Of a stretch of DNA of 37,622 nt, positions 33,273 through 37,622 are shown piece by piece. A program made the position numbers and the translations under genes. Each line of letters begins with the position of its first letter. Position 1 is the first letter of the stretch. The stretch is from contig NC_068984.1 of assembly GCF_001194135.2 (NCBI RefSeq), positions 78,692,492 through 78,730,113 on the forward strand, given 5' to 3'. The notes under the pieces are model-generated. The model did no database searches, was not told where the DNA came from, and worked only from the letters and a program-made list of their open reading frames with translations. This DNA comes from Octopus bimaculoides. Taxonomy: Eukaryota.

Positions 33273-33309
33273 AAGGAGGGGACTAGTCGAACTATTTGAA
33301 CTTCAGTGC

Positions 33310-33412
33310 ACGTGATCTACCTATGTGCCAAAATTCATTAAAATCAGTTGGACGGTGTGGGAGGAGTTAGAGTAACCCCAAACAAACAGACAGATAGACA
33401 CCATTACACATT

Positions 33413-33445
<33 letters not shown>
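33310..33445 (+). mobile_element. Possible non-autonomous Helitron/Helentron (DINE-1/HINE-like) end
   Basis: TATGTGCCAAAATTCATTAAAATCAG..CGGTGTGGGAGGAGTT..ACAAACAGACAGATAGACA..TTTATGTATATA has the motif order of DINE-1/Lep1-type ends as I recall them; truncated by a gap. Confidence 0.45.
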
Positions 33446-33735
33446 NNNNNNNNNNNNNNNNNNNNNNNNNNNNNNNNNNNNNNNNNNNNNNNNNNNNNNN
33501 NNNNNNNNNNNNNNNNNNNNNNNNNNNNNNNNNNNNNNNNNNNNNNNNNNNNNNNNNNNNNNNNNNNNNNNNNNNNNNNNNNNNNNNNNNNNNNNNNNNN
33601 NNNNNNNNNNNNNNNNNNNNNNNNNNNNNNNNNNNNNNNNNNNNNNNNNNNNNNNNNNNNNNNNNNNNNNNNNNNNNNNNNNNNNNNNNNNNNNNNNNNN
33701 NNNNNNNNNNNNNNNNNNNNNNNNNNNNNNNNNNN

Positions 33736-34008
33736 CCCAGCTGATACGATCAACGGAACAGCCTGCTCGTGAAATTAACGTGTAAGTGGCTGAGCACTCT
33801 ACAGATACGTGTACTCTTAACGTAGTTCTTAGGGAGATTCAGCGTGACACAAAATATGACAAGGCTGGCCCTTTGAAATACAGGTACTACTCATTTTTTG
33901 CCAGCTGAATGGACTGGAGCAACGTGCAATAAAGTGTTACCGGGATTTGAACTTACGACCTTACGATCATGAGTCGAATGCCCTAACCACTAAGCCACCC
34001 GCCTTCAC
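33736..34008 (-). mobile_element. SINE type D
   Basis: Reverse complement of the 15830-16130 family. Confidence 0.8.
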
Positions 34009-35633
34009 AATATATGTGTGTGTGTTTGTGTTTGTGTTTGGGAGAAAGAGAGAGAGAATGTGTATATTTGCGTGTGTGCGCGCGCAGAGACAGAGAGGGA
34101 GAGAGGAAAAGTTCACTCAAAATTTTGACTTAGTATGCATAACCGGAGTATTTTTCATAGACGTTTTTTTTCTTTCTGTTTTTTTGTTTCTTACTCTCTA
34201 TCTTTTCGACAAAACGATTATATTTATCATCTGATGATTAGTTTATTAAATTTTTAAAACTANNNNNNNNNNNNNNNNNNNNNNNNNNNNNNNNNNNNNN
34301 NNNNNNNNNNNNNNNNNNNNNNNNNNNNNNNNNNNNNNNNNNNNNNNNNNNNNNNNNNNNNNNNNNNNNNNNNNNNNNNNNNNNNNNNNNNNNNNNNNNN
34401 NNNNNNNNNNNNNNNNNNNNNNNNNNNNNNNNNNNNNNNNNNNNNNNNNNNNNNNNNNNNNNNNNNNNNNNNNNNNNNNNNNNNNNNNNNNNNNNNNNNN
34501 NNNNNNNNNNNNNNNNNNNNNNNNNNNNNNNNNNNNNNNNNNNNNNNNNNNNNNNNNNNNNNNNNNNNNNNNNNNNNNNNNNNNNNNNNNNNNNNNATAT
34601 ATATATATAAAGATATATATATGTATGTGCATATATATATATATGTAGGTTTAAATATTTATACTCTCTATATATGTGTGTATATGTGTATGTGTGTGCG
34701 AGTGTTCGCATGTGTGTGTGTGTTGTAACAAAGAGAGAGGTTGAAGTATAACAGAAAAGTAAGTAATTCAAGTAAAGCAAGAGATAAGAGAGAGGAGAAG
34801 CTGCAGGATAAATTCAGTGCAAGGTGAAATGATGTAAGAGGTAAAAAAAAAAATATTGCGTTTAAGAAATTGGAAGGAAAGCGAAAGTCAAGATGAAATG
34901 TTTGAAAAGAAGAAAGACAAGCTACCGAGAACTGCAAATAGAACGCAGAAATAAGTCTACGGACGAAGAAAGTTCCAGCAGATTTTTCTGTTCTATACTG
35001 CAGACAATGTAACAAAGACCTTTGGGAATCAAATAATTTATATTTTCTTCAGGTTTGTCAGAAATAAAGTTTCAAGGATGGACTGAACTCGAACGGTGCA
35101 AATAATAAAACTAGAAATGGGAATCTACTGGAGTTCTGCAGTGTATGGTAGTAACGAAGGGAAGGTTAAAGTCATGAAGCGAAATCGAAAGACAATGGCA
35201 TAAATATAAATGCGAAATACGGACGCATGCATAGTTGTATGTTCAAGAAGTTTGGTTCGCGGTCAAATGAATCCACGTTCGATCCAACTACGCGGCAGTT
35301 TGGGTAAGTTTCCACCTACCATGATTGTCTTCAGTATTTTATTTACAAAGGACACAGAATCAAAGGTGTTAGACTTTATCTATTAGTTATATAAAAAAAC
35401 AGAAATAATAGTCAGGAAATCATGGAGACCACTCACAAAATGTTCCTCTATTTCCTATTTACTGATCACTAAAATAATGGTTTAGCAACGTCAGTGTGGT
35501 GTTTGCCAAATGAAGAAAAGACACATTCTGCTGAAAAAGTCTTTGAATGACTATCAGACAATGGTAAAGAAAAGAAGAAAACATACTGGAATTCATTTGC
35601 TAACATCTAGATATAACGACTAGCATTCCCTGT

Positions 35634-35956
35634 GACACTCCGCCAGTTATGACGACGAGGGTTCCAGTTGATCCAATCGACGGAACAGCTTGCTTGTGAA
35701 ATTAACGTACAAGTGGCTGAGCACTCCTGAGACACATGTACCCTTAACGTGGTTCTCAGGGAGATTCAGCATGACACAAAATGTGACAAGGCTGGCCCTT
35801 TGAAATACAAGTACAACTCACTTATATCAGTTGAGTCGACTGAAGCAACGTGAAATAAAGTGCTTTGCTCAAGGACACAACGCATCACCGGGAATTGAAC
35901 TCATGACCTTACGATTGTGAGCCGAATACCATAACCACTAAACCATACGCCTTCAC
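35634..35956 (-). mobile_element. SINE type D, full length
   Basis: Tail + CORE (GTGCTTTGCTCAAGGACACAAC) + head; TSD AGCATT(C/T)CCTGT at 35622-35633 and 35957-35968. Confidence 0.88.
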
Positions 35957-37039
35957 AGCATTTCCTGTACTGATACAAAGAAAGGTGCCTTTGCACGGTA
36001 ACAGTAAAATGCAACCCAGGCACTCAAATCTTTTGTTACAGTTCCATAAGTGTTATATGCAACATAACGCATGTAGTAATCTCGACTGATGATATTCTCT
36101 GTACGAAATGTTTCATCTGATCAAATTATGCGACCAATAAGACGACAGCCGTCACAAAAAAAAAACAAAAAAACATGATTTTACGGAATCACACGCTCGA
36201 CAATTTAAACCATCTTTTAATTAGAAGAGCGTTGTAGTTTACTTGAAGCATTGTAGTACGGAAGTAGAAAAATGAATGAAAAGGGAAATAAGAAAAGCTT
36301 CTAAACGCAGAAAGTCTTTTTTAAAAAACTTAATATTTCGGATGCAAAGGCCTGTGACCTCGATGATACCAACTATATCTACATTTGGAAAGTTGCTCCT
36401 GCTGACTCCAAAAACCAACATTTGGAAAGTTGCTGTTGCTGCTATCTCAAACACCAGGCTATCACAAATGGCAAGATATATGTAAATACTTTTCTTTGTA
36501 TCCTTCTGAAGACAGGCGTTTGCACCCGAAACATAAAGTTTTTAAAAACTTTCTGCATTTTCAGAATTCTTTATGTCTCATTCCATTCGCTTTTCTAACC
36601 CTTTATTAGCTTTGTATGTATCTAGAGATAAAATGACACAAGTTTACATTCTTCAGAATGTGCGAAAATTCAGTTGATATTCATTTGAGATGAACCACGC
36701 GTATCAAATTACTGACGATGTCCATAAATGCTGATTGACTAGATGACCATTCAACTCTGTCCTGTTTGACACTGAGCGACCAGAATGAGAGACATCATTT
36801 ATGGAACCTATACTCTCCAACTTACTAAAACAGCATATCAATTGTTCAATTGGATGGGAAATCATATTGAAAATTCTTCTTCCATTGTCATGAACTGAAA
36901 TTGGTTATTACAATGTTGTAACGTTAAAATATATCAGATTTCTGAAATGAATATCTGCATATGAATTTCGTTTATACAGTTTTATTGGGAAGTAAATTGG
37001 ATTAGTTATTACACTTCAACGCAATAGTTATTTTAAATA

Positions 37040-37417
<378 letters not shown>

Positions 37418-37622
37418 TTGTGTGTCTGTGTTTGTCTCCTCACCATCGCTTGATAACCGCTGTTGGTTTGTTTACGTCCGTGCAACTTTGCGGTTCGGCA
37501 AAAGAGGTCAATAAATTAAGTACTAAGCTTACAAAAAGATAATCTTGGGGTCGAATTGTTCGACTAAAGCGGTGCTCCAGCATGGCCGTAGTCAAATGGC
37601 CGAAACAAGTAAAAAAGTAAAA
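37418..37622 (+). mobile_element. SINE type C 3' half
   Basis: GTGTCTGTGTTTGTC..CCATCGCTTGA..GCGGTTCGGCAAAAGAG..GGGGTCGA..CCAGCATGGCCG..AAACAAGTAAAA. Confidence 0.85.

Larger units (their letters stand above)
7053..34596. other. 12 assembly gaps (N runs), span of first to last
   Basis: 7053-7318, 8334-8532, 10024-10405, 12298-12966, 13936-14188, 18140-18373, 24983-25255, 26235-26426, 30830-30929 (exactly 100 N, probably unsized), 31599-32069, 33446-33735, 34263-34596; most abut (TA)n or (CT)n tracts. Confidence 0.98.

Noticed and set aside
6557-34780. Long ORFs in the track containing X runs or IYIY/HTHT/VCVC tracts
   Set aside because: Artefacts of N gaps and dinucleotide microsatellites.
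35053-35200. Exon after the acceptor-like TTTTCTTCAG
   Set aside because: All three frames stop within about 55 nt; no other support.

Overview
AT-rich, microsatellite- and repeat-dense eukaryotic DNA with 12 assembly gaps (about 3.7 kb of N). The SINE repertoire looks like an octopod cephalopod; this is inferred from recalled repeat families, not from a database search. One host gene is supported: a + strand BTB-BACK-Kelch (KLHL-family, probable Cullin3 adaptor) with two coding exons (652-777, 3181-4809; 584 aa). The rest is non-coding. It holds RTE-clade LINE fragments, about 25 SINE copies built from shared modules, and Tc1/mariner remnants (a DD37D maT-type, a DD34D-type mariner and a mariner MITE). 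It also holds a hAT MITE with an 8-bp TSD and a Mutator-like foldback element with a 9-bp TSD and (TTAGGG)3 in its loop. The main unexplained structure is a ~3.7-kb, highly diverged 28-bp tandem array whose units each carry a CAGTG...CACTG dyad (19351-23110). Also unexplained are a quasi-palindromic 23-bp array just after the KLHL stop and a 17-bp perfect hairpin inside a cluster of WGATAAC motifs. There is no CRISPR, rRNA or intact transposase, and I cannot claim a new multi-gene system from this sequence. SINE type labels A-D are my own working names.
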